Shown one piece after another: positions 33,801 to 41,628 of a stretch of 64,000 nt of DNA. The DNA comes from an uncultured virus (IMG/VR IMGVR_UViG_3300027752_001031). Its lineage: Duplodnaviria; Heunggongvirae; Uroviricota; Caudoviricetes. A program made the translations under genes and the position numbers. Below the pieces are notes generated by a model. It made no database searches. It was not told the DNA's origin and worked only from the letters and a program-made list of their open reading frames with translations. Where the stretch lies: IMG/VR virus record IMGVR_UViG_3300027752_001031; one strand, 5' to 3'. How positions within the stretch are numbered: the first letter of the stretch is position 1; every line of letters starts with the position of its first letter.

Positions 33801-35313
33801 GTAGCCTCTCTACGGACCCTCTAAACTGGTTCATTGCAGAAGCTGCAGTCACTCCAAGCTCTTTCTCAGATATGCTTGCCAAATCTGCAGCAGAGTAGGC
33901 TGCTAGGTCTAGAACTCTGGCAGCTTGGGTGCCATCTTTGTTTATGTTTTCAAACAATGTAGACATGCGGGCAAACTGGAACTTGCCGAATAGCTGCTCA
34001 ATGGCTCTTGACCTATTTAGTGGGTCAAGTGTGTCCATAGCATCTGCCAGATCTATAATAGTGCTCTTTACGTCTCCAGCATTTTTGTCTACGATATCAA
34101 CTAGGTCAATTCCGAATCCCATGAATAGCTCTTTGGCTACCTTAGTTGGGTTGATTAGTCTACCCAAAGAGGACTTTAGTGCGTTAGCACCTTCGGATGC
34201 ATTTACGCCACCCTCTTTCATTGCAGCAAGGAAGAATGCTAAGTCTTTTACGTCTCCACCAAGTGCCTGGATAACTGGGGCTACCTTTGGAATTGCGGTA
34301 GTTATGTCGTCAAGAGATATGACTGTCTGGTTTTCTACAGCGTTTAGGAAGTTTATGGAATCGGCTAGGTCTTCATTTGAAAGCTTGAACGCATTCTGCA
34401 AGGAGATTGTGGTTTCCAGTGCCTTCTGCTGATCTAGCTGACCAAGCACAGATATCTTTATGGCAGCAGATGTCTGATTGATTAGGTCTTGTCCAGAGAA
34501 TCCAGCTGCAGCTGCTTCGGCTGCTATACCTATGGTGTCTGATACAGCGATACCATATTTGGTAAATTCGTCAGCAAGGTCTCTAACATCATTCAGTGCC
34601 TTGTCGGACTCTGCACCTGTTGTGAAAAGATCTCCGTACACCTTCTTGAAGTCAATGACCTGTTGCTCAAGCTTCATGAATGTTTTTGCAGCGATACCGC
34701 CGAAGATTGCTAGGGGTAGTGTAAAACCAACCATGAGCTGTCGTCCAGCCCACTGTGTGTTCTTACCGAAGTTTAGAAGATTTGTAGAACCCTGCCTCAA
34801 TAGCTGGTTCATTATTTGTTGCTTCTGGGCAGCTATCGCTGTCTTTGTTCCCAGATTATCCATGTCTAGGGTTAGTGGTCTAACCGCTACGGCCTTCATG
34901 GCTCCGCTGGCGTCGCGTCCAAGCTTCACATACTGAGTCTGGAGAGTCTTTACTCTTTCACGAGCAGTCTTTTCTATCGTTGATAGTTCGGACTTAAAGA
35001 ATCTTCCAAAAGTTTTTGTGGAGGCTGCTGTGTGCCTGAAGTACTGCCCAAAGGATAGCTTGTTTTTTTCTAGTGAGCTTGTGAATGACTCGGATGAAGT
35101 CTGTATGCTTTGTATGCTGGCAGCAAACCTCCCAGAGGCGTTTACGCCGCTGAGAAGCTGCTGTGATAATTTGCCAGCTGCTGCAGACTGAGCTGCAGTA
35201 CCTCGATTCATGGAGGTTTGGAACTGAGAGATCTGACTCTGGAGGCCTCTAATGGATGCTAAGGCACCAGACGTGTCAACGTCTATCCTTATACTGGATT
35301 GTATATCAGCCAT
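27829..35313 (-). CDS. Tape measure protein
   Basis: 2494 aa, Ala/Gly-rich helical, TP901-type core (MKEGGVNASEGANALKS), coiled coils, GTDTVPAMLTPGEFVV; follows tail tube and chaperones. Confidence 0.93.
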   Translation of the reverse strand: MADIQSSIRIDVDTSGALASIRGLQSQISQFQTSMNRGTAAQSAAAGKLSQQLLSGVNASGRFAASIQSIQTSSESFTSSLEKNKLSFGQYFRHTAASTKTFGRFFKSELSTIEKTARERVKTLQTQYVKLGRDASGAMKAVAVRPLTLDMDNLGTKTAIAAQKQQIMNQLLRQGSTNLLNFGKNTQWAGRQLMVGFTLPLAIFGGIAAKTFMKLEQQVIDFKKVYGDLFTTGAESDKALNDVRDLADEFTKYGIAVSDTIGIAAEAAAAGFSGQDLINQTSAAIKISVLGQLDQQKALETTISLQNAFKLSNEDLADSINFLNAVENQTVISLDDITTAIPKVAPVIQALGGDVKDLAFFLAAMKEGGVNASEGANALKSSLGRLINPTKVAKELFMGFGIDLVDIVDKNAGDVKSTIIDLADAMDTLDPLNRSRAIEQLFGKFQFARMSTLFENINKDGTQAARVLDLAAYSAADLASISEKELGVTAASAMNQFRGSVERLQAAIAPIGELFLQIVTPLVDFATNVIDKFNNLDVGVKKFVAGLVGVLGIIGPVALMTFGLLANGAANLIKGFVAVMNIFQKTGKQSQVLGEQTNYLTEKQLQEMAVAASLEQTHNRLAQAFTSEAAAIEKLTAAYGKAIQRQQQFGGAGMATNIGRGAVKKYKSGVVSVPGTGSGDKVPAMLEPGEAVIPKDMARRYAGLINGMVAGDIPGYKKGRGATPGGTLRSPGGNSLEVGNLNSLRAIEKLVAELRDAPQLIDQAFDELSSSVKVTKDEFVNKVRSLAKDSGKKLPESFSTERKYSASKFGEKRSVRTQLSDERGAEGVKEYEQQLSVAKKLRVELEEINRTKIEAGQNPVFSDAEIKDLTQVDRAHIIDVDKKKVGKAGWNSQLFQPEVGAQNRFAGSVSRSPNNQKAIKDTMLEMGTSQQEIDTLMDKYTRGLSLTEAEQDTQAKVLKKLLQKLESNAELSKQVSPAFAKQATAVTKVAEIKSANPGLKRAAERNVKKANDFYQKALVDATNKAGQMQSPSKRTSRSGENLVAGLEQGLASGQDDMAAAGQQLASAASQQIFNMPAGRRSTTNQNAYAAGVRQRMQGADATGLGLVSSGAKQGNAYDMKTKKLIKATGDSTRSMQGMTSGIMQASFAFSSISMLTSGLGGEMSGLQDAVFGISNAMFALSAILPLIIALYKKMAGQMAGQSLLDFAKGGPAAIKASIAGAKGLAGVTKVFSGGVKSSFGNLIAVGGSLGGVLGKIVPLFLKFIPFLGVALTAFAAFKIVGDIQEKQKQKIEGMGNAAFAAGKKLDSIVGLIGFAATRSVDRSSQINSVQGLETGGSARAAAIRTSDEFADLKDKSASDGGFKEDIQNIRNATRDQAERALNGLVIELLALSPEGTDPARIQEFVAAIASEAGKTGIDLSIGLKFDPRNEDTFDNIQAAAEQSFEKVVSDYESTLNRIADYNLDNYNSFNFDGMSGSTNMVGDLQALGSEYSSFFETLSTGFSSGTISADAYSGLVGELLSNVNSLGPSAGTVLEKMFANIGVDKKQLDGIDDINNKLILFEAIQAGVSLKPIDFEILAAGDDFNSSLEDRAALQTKIIELEVRLGKAIGITAEASAVDVETERQEAIALSTEAITDQLTANQDIVDLYPDLLEALGNEEAALAAVTDEKTRQLLIDAKAQDIAAGTTSSYDSVIALLKDLAASEEDVNDVRGQADMKTYLADLEEQNSVLSWLTSNGQSVSDALDIIGNSTFLAGAKAAMSAEDYDMFVETMSAILDLEKKIRAPSGGNQQSPFQKAIEGLKEERQQLQETNSAYNKLRQQGFSITQAFESAKDSALAAAIATTKVGTKSWERLVGLLKQVDTLARSNAIKGLLKEQAAARELNSAFVNVAQTLGKMGYEADQIEGILSNPALAQEFIKDLEDGQINARLLRDYLNGIEKDKKISLKIQLSTPEGIQSEFDNLYGQAMESFGIRRDRVDDDFQDRVKSAQDAVDSTNDAIEKTQKSIDSIQTTIDDKQRDIEMSISRPVEALQKEISDLQRSLELSTDRPMSALQDESSVLSNDLTIIDKLTESINNKYEDQAAALDKVLSINQQLADEQSSQLDIADALSQGDIAGAARAAKELKDKQSAQRAEDARNKLATAQEREIESLKTASGLTRVQVEERQYEISQAVFALEQQKKATEAEILSIQDQIYAYEQLREVKLAEIIGLEDQIYAIQSVQLFQQQKKLEEQEYVLEALDKEKQLRLDAIALEEEAYNDAKLAFDEAMQRGKDYVQMLIDAMALLQKLTGMKAPTTEGSGLDKAATSVFRADGVTVLDRDTAAASSIAAVKSGQAASPLDFANQVRDTVLANRASVRGGDISAAQKAALTKQNIQLMQSTGLKFAMGGMVPKYAMGGMVPKYFASGGYAMGTDTVPAMLTPGEFVVKKYAVESFGTENLKAINNGTYAGESVYNYSVNVSVKSDANPDQIARSVMTQIKQIDSQRIRSNKF

Positions 35314-35337
35314 TAAGCAGTACCTCTTTTGTTATAG

Positions 35338-35661
35338 CTACTTAGCTATGTTGCCACCGACTGAAGCTTCTCCCATATTAATACCCGATGCTACTTCTAT
35401 AATTTTGTAAACTGTAGGTAGGTCTAGAACGTCTTCAAGTGCATCTAGGTCCTCAGCAAGTTCTGCCTTGTACTGTCGCATTGCAATTTGTACACATTCT
35501 ATTAGGATGCTCATTGACTTGTCGTTATCATCTGCGACCTTAGAAATACTCTCAAATTTCTTCATAAAGCTACGTAGTAGCGATATCTTTAGCGGCCTTA
35601 CTTGTATTTCTGTTCCGTCTATTAGCTTAATTGTCTTTTCTTCTGTGACTGTCGTAGCCAT
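35338..35661 (-). CDS. Tail assembly chaperone, short (G-like) paralog
   Basis: Precedes the tape measure; similar to the N-terminal 100 aa of 35716..36411. Confidence 0.75.
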   Translation of the reverse strand: MATTVTEEKTIKLIDGTEIQVRPLKISLLRSFMKKFESISKVADDNDKSMSILIECVQIAMRQYKAELAEDLDALEDVLDLPTVYKIIEVASGINMGEASVGGNIAK

Positions 35662-35696
35662 TGTTTCCTCTCAAATAACCTTAGTTGGTCTTTACA

Positions 35697-35705
35697 ATTA
35701 TAACA
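35697..35705 (-). promoter_or_regulatory. Extended -10 promoter TGTTATAAT
   Basis: Between the two chaperone genes; GAGAGG RBS follows. Confidence 0.65.
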
Positions 35706-35715
35706 TACAAGGTGT

Positions 35716-36411
35716 CTATTTTTTTGTCAAATCCTGATAGTCTAGGCCCATTCCAATGCCAAAGCCAGCGTTTTGAGCGTTTATGCCCTGAAGAGAAGTT
35801 ATATCGTTAGGATCGCTTGTTTTTCCTCCAGAGAATACCCTTGCCTTCATAGCTTCCCAAGGATCTGGCCCCTTGTTTCCAGACTGCTCATCTAGATCTA
35901 CGCCCTGTATTGCTGCTAAGAACTTTTTCTCTTGGTACTCAGAGTCTCTCTTGGCTTCAATTATGGCGATAAGCTCTGGCATAGAAATATGAGATTCCAG
36001 ATCTTCGTAGTCTTTCCATATACCCAACAAAAAGGCTTCTGACTCCAGGCCTGCAAGGTCTAGAGTCTCCCATGAACCACCATCTTCTTCTTTCTTGTTC
36101 TTTGATACAGATTTTTTATCGGGCTTGCTGGTGCTAATGCCAGCTGAAATATCTAAAATCTCATATAGCGTCGGTAGGTCAAAGCTATCCTCGACGTCTT
36201 CGTCTGTTTTTATTATAGGGTGGTATTGCTTCATTGCAATCTTTATGCACTCTACCATTGCCGACATTGCATCGTCATCATTTTTCGCTAGCTTGATGTT
36301 TTCAAAAATATCCATAAACTGTCTAAGGTATTTTATTTTAAGTGGGGTGATGTGTATCTCATCTCCATCTATTGTGTGGAGGTACTTAGACTCATATATT
36401 TTGGTTGCCAT
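35716..36411 (-). CDS. Tail assembly chaperone, long (GT-like) paralog
   Basis: G-like N-terminus, Lys-rich linker, then a second domain (LDLAGLESEAFLLGIWKDYEDLE). Confidence 0.75.
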   Translation of the reverse strand: MATKIYESKYLHTIDGDEIHITPLKIKYLRQFMDIFENIKLAKNDDDAMSAMVECIKIAMKQYHPIIKTDEDVEDSFDLPTLYEILDISAGISTSKPDKKSVSKNKKEEDGGSWETLDLAGLESEAFLLGIWKDYEDLESHISMPELIAIIEAKRDSEYQEKKFLAAIQGVDLDEQSGNKGPDPWEAMKARVFSGGKTSDPNDITSLQGINAQNAGFGIGMGLDYQDLTKK

Positions 36412-36417
36412 TAGTAT

Positions 36418-36426
36418 AGTATACCA
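36418..36426 (-). promoter_or_regulatory. Extended -10 promoter TGGTATACT, leaderless
   Basis: 6 nt to ATG at 36411; abuts the terminator U-tract. Confidence 0.65.
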
Positions 36427-36466
36427 AAAAGAATGCCACCCCGATCAAAAGACTGGGGTGGCACTC
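36426..36466 (-). terminator. Intrinsic terminator after major tail gene
   Basis: GAGTGCCACCCCAGTC-TTTT-GATCGGGGTGGCATTC-TTTTT. Confidence 0.9.
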
Positions 36467-36491
36467 TAGTTATTTAGTTATTGGTTAGCGA

Positions 36492-37112
36492 TTAGCTTAC
36501 CTGGTTGACTGTACGATCTACAATCTTACCGTAGGAAGCTGCGTCGTTTGGAAGCAAGCGGAAGCTTACCTCAAACATTGTCGACTCGTCTCGCTTTGCA
36601 GATACTGTAACATTCTCAATTGAGAGTGCACGGTATGCAACGTAGACGCGCTCGATGCCTGCTCCAGCTGCTCCAGAACCTGGACCAACAGCGACAAGAC
36701 CACGCTCAAGTGGTACTTCTCCGATGTCACCTGCGGACAGGTTCATCTCTTTGTTTCCAGCTACTGTAGTTAGATCTGTGCTTTTTCCAGCTAGGGAGTA
36801 AAGCAAGTTCTCTAGTGTTGACTCAGCAAAAGCAGTGTTCAGGTTAACCTGCATACCCTGCTTGTATAGCTTTGCAACGTCAAGAACCTGGTCTACCTGT
36901 ACCTCGCCAAAGTCGGGCTGGAAAACAATTTCCAGACCATTCATAGTGTAACCAACATTTCTGAAGTCTACGTCGTCGGACAGTGTTGTCGTAAACGCCT
37001 CATCTTCAACGTATGCTGGTAGGTCAGCGTCTGTTAGAGTTCCTGCTTCATATGTAAATAGTGCTGCTGCACCAACAATGATATTAGAACTTGAACCACG
37101 TGTATATGCCAT
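36492..37112 (-). CDS. Major tail (tube) protein
   Basis: NIIVGAA, VGYTMNGLE, VDQVLD; GAGGTG RBS, own promoter and terminator. Confidence 0.85.
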   Translation of the reverse strand: MAYTRGSSSNIIVGAAALFTYEAGTLTDADLPAYVEDEAFTTTLSDDVDFRNVGYTMNGLEIVFQPDFGEVQVDQVLDVAKLYKQGMQVNLNTAFAESTLENLLYSLAGKSTDLTTVAGNKEMNLSAGDIGEVPLERGLVAVGPGSGAAGAGIERVYVAYRALSIENVTVSAKRDESTMFEVSFRLLPNDAASYGKIVDRTVNQVS

Positions 37113-37164
37113 AATATTTCACCTCTTTTTCATTAGAATAAGTGGGCGGTGTTTCCTCACAACC

Positions 37165-37173
37165 ATTATAGCA
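37165..37173 (-). promoter_or_regulatory. Extended -10 promoter TGCTATAAT
   Basis: Upstream of the major tail gene. Confidence 0.7.
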
Positions 37174-37189
37174 GTCTTTTGATATTATA

Positions 37190-37771
37190 TCATAGCGATT
37201 GGTCATTATTTGTTAAGTCTGGCATCTGGTGATACTTGTAATCAATGATTATTTTATTACCACCAAATGTTCTAGTTGTTCCAAAATCTATTACGTCACG
37301 GACCTCTTCTAGCTGGTACACCTTAAAGGTGTGAAAGTAAAACTTGTTTGTAACGTTTATGGGTGACTGCTCTGTTCCGACATTAATAGCACCCTTGTTT
37401 TTTGCCCAAAGGTTTATTTCTTCTGCTGTTTCATCTTCACGATCCATCATCCTGAGCAGGTGCTCCTGAACCTGAATCATCTTTTCCGTAGCATTTTCTT
37501 GAGTAGCATAAAAATAGTATAGGACTTGCTCGTCCTTTATGTGTGGGAACGGAGACCTTCTCATTCTAAACATCCTATCCCAAGTTGACATCACGCCTGA
37601 GTAGGGATAGATATTGCCATTAACGGTCATGTACTGCTCTGTTAAATCTTCTATGTTTGAAGGTCTAGATGGGAAGAATGGTACTCCTATTCCAGAACTT
37701 ACAGTCGCAAGCTTTTCTTGTATGTAACTATTTATCCAAAGTATTGGTGTGTTTAATAATGATTCTGTCAT
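37190..37771 (-). CDS. Probable tail terminator/completion protein
   Basis: Synteny: directly before the tail tube gene. Confidence 0.5.
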   Translation of the reverse strand: MTESLLNTPILWINSYIQEKLATVSSGIGVPFFPSRPSNIEDLTEQYMTVNGNIYPYSGVMSTWDRMFRMRRSPFPHIKDEQVLYYFYATQENATEKMIQVQEHLLRMMDREDETAEEINLWAKNKGAINVGTEQSPINVTNKFYFHTFKVYQLEEVRDVIDFGTTRTFGGNKIIIDYKYHQMPDLTNNDQSL

Positions 37772-38448
37772 TCAATACCAGCCCCTATACTAGTTATCCA
37801 CTTATAGCCAGTTTCTAAGCCAGCCGATCTTCCTACCTTCTTGCCTCTTTTAAGATTTTTCACATAGGCAAATGGGTTTTCAAGATAGTCTACTATCCCT
37901 GTCGACCTCAAGAATGCTTGAGAGAAATATTGAGACATAAATATATTAAAGGATTCTTCCAGGCCACCCCTTGCAGCCTTTCCTCCTGGTTCCGAAACTT
38001 TGACGGTTCCTGAAGTAAACACAGTCTCTCCGTCTTGTTCAAAGACTAGCTTTTGAGATTTCCTGGGGGTAATTGTTACTGGAATTCCATACTCCATAAT
38101 CCTTGCCTTGTCATAGAATGGAACGTCAGAGCCGCTCTTTATAGATGACGATTGCCTAAAGGTTGATTGTAGAGATAAACCAGATCCAGTGATTGTATAA
38201 GTTATGTCAAATAGTCTTGCGTCTGGGCTTCCAGACATATACCACTCATAGACGTGCTGTAGGGCTTCTGGATTTACCCTGGCATTAGAATCTATGAACT
38301 GCTTAAGACCTTCTACAGTTATCTCTCCAAGTCTTTTAGACAACTCTTTCTTACCTCTGAGAGTTCCCTCCATAAAGCCAGATGAATAATCTAAGATATT
38401 CTTCATGTCTTTTTCAAACTGAACATTGTCAAACCTAACACTTATCAA
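37768..38448 (-). CDS. Probable neck/tail completion protein
   Basis: Synteny; YDKARIMEYG motif reminiscent of HK97 gp10-like proteins. Confidence 0.5.
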   Translation of the reverse strand: MISVRFDNVQFEKDMKNILDYSSGFMEGTLRGKKELSKRLGEITVEGLKQFIDSNARVNPEALQHVYEWYMSGSPDARLFDITYTITGSGLSLQSTFRQSSSIKSGSDVPFYDKARIMEYGIPVTITPRKSQKLVFEQDGETVFTSGTVKVSEPGGKAARGGLEESFNIFMSQYFSQAFLRSTGIVDYLENPFAYVKNLKRGKKVGRSAGLETGYKWITSIGAGIE

Positions 38449-38894
38449 AGGTCTGCCGCCTGATTCTCAGATCGCTTCAGCACTACATTGTAGTAAGAGA
38501 TTCCTCCGAATGGACCAATGAATGGTGTCTGGGACGCTACCTCGAAAATAGTGGACTTGCCAGCTCTAGGACCAGATGTTTCAACGTATAGAGGGTTGCA
38601 GTTTTTATCTGTAATGTTTGTAAAGATTACGTTTGTTATGGAATTCTTTGAGCCTCTGTCTGATAGACGAGAATCATTCTTTATCCTGCCTATCAAAGTG
38701 GTGTCTTGTGTGATATTTACGTTAGGCTTTATTTCTTCTTGACTTGGATTAGATGATACAAAGCTGCAAGCAATTGAACGATCGGCTATCCATGACTTCT
38801 TTACAGTACCGTACCCAGCAGACTGCTCAACGATGGGGTGGTAGATCTCTGCTTCCATTGGAAACATGTAGTCTGTTAGATCGCCGCAAGCCAT
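38445..38894 (-). CDS. Probable head-closure (stopper) protein
   Basis: Size, beta-rich sequence and synteny. Confidence 0.5.
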   Translation of the reverse strand: MACGDLTDYMFPMEAEIYHPIVEQSAGYGTVKKSWIADRSIACSFVSSNPSQEEIKPNVNITQDTTLIGRIKNDSRLSDRGSKNSITNVIFTNITDKNCNPLYVETSGPRAGKSTIFEVASQTPFIGPFGGISYYNVVLKRSENQAADL

Positions 38895-38895
38895 T

Positions 38896-40056
38896 TTACA
38901 GCACTCCCAACTTCTTTATTGACTTGTAGTGCTTGGCTAGAATCTTATCTGCAAGCATGTTTCCAGTACCGTCCATAATCCTGCTATCAAACTGTATCTT
39001 GAACTGGTCTGTGTTATAGGAAGAAACGTACCTTTGGTAGTATTCTAACTTGCCGCACTTTATATCTTCAACCAGAAGCTTGGCTGCGTAGGCAATGTCT
39101 GGTGCTATTATCTTTGGACCAGCATCTAGAATAAACACATAGTCAACTGACTTCTCAAAAGCTTTTGTTGAGTATGTCCCAGTCCAGATGTCTCCCGATC
39201 CAGATGGAAGGGTTATCGGTGCTGACTCATACCTATTTATAGGATCTGCGTAGGTCTTGTATATTGCAGAATTGTCCATGGTTACCGCGTAGTTTTCATT
39301 CCAAAATCTTTTAGATGTTCCAAAAGAACTAGGTATGGCTAAAGAGTAGTCTGCTATTGTCTTGTTAATTCTAAAAGAATATTCATCTATTATTTCGGTA
39401 ATCCTAAAACTTGCATTTAAGTCATTGTAGTTTACAGAGTCAAAGCCTGATAGTGTAACTGTATGACCAACACCATACTCATTAATAACCGATGTAGTTA
39501 GGGCTACGTTATCTGTGATGCTTTGATTTACGTCATAGAAACCAGAGATAGCCAATGCACTGTCTTCACCGTCGAATACTAGGCTATTGTTTTCATATAC
39601 CTTTAGAACCTTGTTTACCTGGCTCCAAACTGGAAAGTAGTCTGTGCCGTTTCCTACGGACTGAACAACTTCTTTTTTATTATAAAAGCCATCTTCTAAA
39701 AACTCATCGATTATGGACCTGGCAACTATCTCAAGAGTTGTATACTCCTGTATTTCAGTTGCGGTGCCTGTTGCTGCCAAGGCATTGGGGTCTACGTATG
39801 GACGGTACACATTCAAATCGCTAATTACGACTGTGGCACCTGAGGCATCATACACTCTTACCGAGAATTCTCTGTCTAACTCTACTTCACTCTGTGGTAG
39901 GCTATAGCTTATTTTCTTTGTAGCAGATGAGGTAACAGCTACAGACTTCTTAAAGTGGTCTACTGAGTCTTCTAGCTCTAGGGTATAGCTAGTATTTGCT
40001 AATGGTACATCCCAAGATGCCACTAGGGGATATGGGGAAACTCTTAATATTTGCAT
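38896..40056 (-). CDS. Probable head-to-tail adaptor
   Basis: LEIVARSIIDEF...PDIAYAAKLLVED...ADKILAKH adaptor-like helices; follows the capsid gene. Confidence 0.6.
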   Translation of the reverse strand: MQILRVSPYPLVASWDVPLANTSYTLELEDSVDHFKKSVAVTSSATKKISYSLPQSEVELDREFSVRVYDASGATVVISDLNVYRPYVDPNALAATGTATEIQEYTTLEIVARSIIDEFLEDGFYNKKEVVQSVGNGTDYFPVWSQVNKVLKVYENNSLVFDGEDSALAISGFYDVNQSITDNVALTTSVINEYGVGHTVTLSGFDSVNYNDLNASFRITEIIDEYSFRINKTIADYSLAIPSSFGTSKRFWNENYAVTMDNSAIYKTYADPINRYESAPITLPSGSGDIWTGTYSTKAFEKSVDYVFILDAGPKIIAPDIAYAAKLLVEDIKCGKLEYYQRYVSSYNTDQFKIQFDSRIMDGTGNMLADKILAKHYKSIKKLGVL

Positions 40057-40060
40057 TTAG

Positions 40061-40384
40061 TCATCCTAAGTTTGCTTTAATCTCGTCTGGAGATGCTATC
40101 CGAACAGCACTTCTTGTTAGCCAAGTATTAGATGCTTCTTCGGATACAAAGTTATAGCCTTTTACGATGCTACCTACACCCTGCCAGTTAATATTTCTTG
40201 AGGAAAAGATAGCAACAGTGGTGAGCTTTGTCTCTTCCTTCTTTACTTTTACTTTAGGTTTAGCTGAAGCAGTCCCGACACCTATCACGCCACCGCTGAT
40301 TAGCGCTATGGCAGCAATGTCTTTTTCCGTCTCAGGCTTTTCAGCACTGGTACTTGATATCTTGCCTGACATTATATTCTCCAT
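40061..40384 (-). CDS. Hypothetical protein
   Basis: ORF after the capsid terminator with TGGTATAAT at 40395-40403. Confidence 0.65.
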   Translation of the reverse strand: MENIMSGKISSTSAEKPETEKDIAAIALISGGVIGVGTASAKPKVKVKKEETKLTTVAIFSSRNINWQGVGSIVKGYNFVSEEASNTWLTRSAVRIASPDEIKANLG

Positions 40385-40411
40385 CTACACAACAATTATA
40401 CCAGAATAATG

Positions 40412-40443
40412 AAAGGGAGCAGGAGCGAATGCCCCTGCTCCCT
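40412..40443 (-). terminator. Intrinsic terminator after major capsid gene
   Basis: AGGGAGCAGGGGC-ATTC-GCTCCTGCTCCCT-TT. Confidence 0.8.
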
Positions 40444-40463
40444 AACAATAAGGTTAATCAGAT

Positions 40464-41585
40464 TTAGCTATCTGCAGCTGCGTCAGCAAATGCGATGGCG
40501 TCCTCTTCTTCCCACTGAATACCGAAACGTACGAATACGGTGTACTCAATGGTGTCCTTCTTTGCCTGGTACTCACGGTTAACGGTGATGTCTCTCTGGA
40601 ATCCCCATACACGGTTCTGTGGGAATGTCAAGTCGACATATCCTGCAGGGTAGTAAGGAACTTCCTGAACATCTACGCCAAGAACACGAGTAGTGCGAGC
40701 ACTACCGAATGTCTGAGCGGCACCGTCTAGGTAAGACTGGCGGTTATCTGGTGTACCTGCTGCACCTGCGTGAGATCCGAAGGCCTCAGCAATTGCGTCT
40801 GCAAGTGTACCGTTGTTCTTAACGATACCCTGGAACACGTCTGTACCCGCATAGAACTTTAGGTTGTTCTTGATTGCACGGTACTTACGTGGCATAGCCA
40901 GGATAATGCTCTGCATAACCTCTGGAGTCCATCCACCATTGGCTACAGTAACTACAGCCTCGTGTGCGTCTCCAGTGGTAGCCTTGTTGACAAAGCCATC
41001 CATGATGGACAGGAAGTTTCCTGTTGTTCCATCACCGTTGATTGCTAGGTCTTCAATGTCATTTGCAAAAGCATTTGTCATCAAACGAACTAGGTGGTCC
41101 TCTAGAGCAGCACCTTCGATGCCATCCTCCAGAGACTCTGATGATACTTCCCAGTCAAGACGGATCTTCTTTGTAGTAAGCTCCACCTTGCTGAATGTAG
41201 CACCAGTGTTGGTGTAGTCACCGACAGCTTGTGCAGCTGCACGGATAACACGCTCTCCAACATTGACCTTCTCTAGCTCCATTGTGTTTGCACGCATAGT
41301 TACGCGGCGTCCATCTTTGGCGAGAACGGTTGCATCCCAAACGTAGTCAATAAAACGACGTGCCTGTTCAGGGCGTAGGATACCACTACCAGCAGCACCA
41401 GAAGGGTTTACAGCGTTCGCTCCAGATGTACCTCCGAAAGTAGCTGTTGGGGTGTTACCCAGTGTGCTTGCACCTGGGCTAGTTACACCACCAATACCAC
41501 CAGATGCGAATGAACCTTCTCCGTTAAATAGACCTGAGTCATCTCCGGTTGCGTCTGGATTGTTTTTGATAATCTCTTCCGACAT
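40464..41585 (-). CDS. Major capsid protein (HK97 fold)
   Basis: GILRPEQARRFID, VSSESLEDGIEG, FANDIEDLAINGDG; GGAGGTG RBS puts the start at 41585 (MSEE). Confidence 0.92.
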   Translation of the reverse strand: MSEEIIKNNPDATGDDSGLFNGEGSFASGGIGGVTSPGASTLGNTPTATFGGTSGANAVNPSGAAGSGILRPEQARRFIDYVWDATVLAKDGRRVTMRANTMELEKVNVGERVIRAAAQAVGDYTNTGATFSKVELTTKKIRLDWEVSSESLEDGIEGAALEDHLVRLMTNAFANDIEDLAINGDGTTGNFLSIMDGFVNKATTGDAHEAVVTVANGGWTPEVMQSIILAMPRKYRAIKNNLKFYAGTDVFQGIVKNNGTLADAIAEAFGSHAGAAGTPDNRQSYLDGAAQTFGSARTTRVLGVDVQEVPYYPAGYVDLTFPQNRVWGFQRDITVNREYQAKKDTIEYTVFVRFGIQWEEEDAIAFADAAADS

Positions 41586-41628
41586 ATTGTCACCTCCTAA
41601 GTGATTGTTTTGTCTTATATTATTATTA

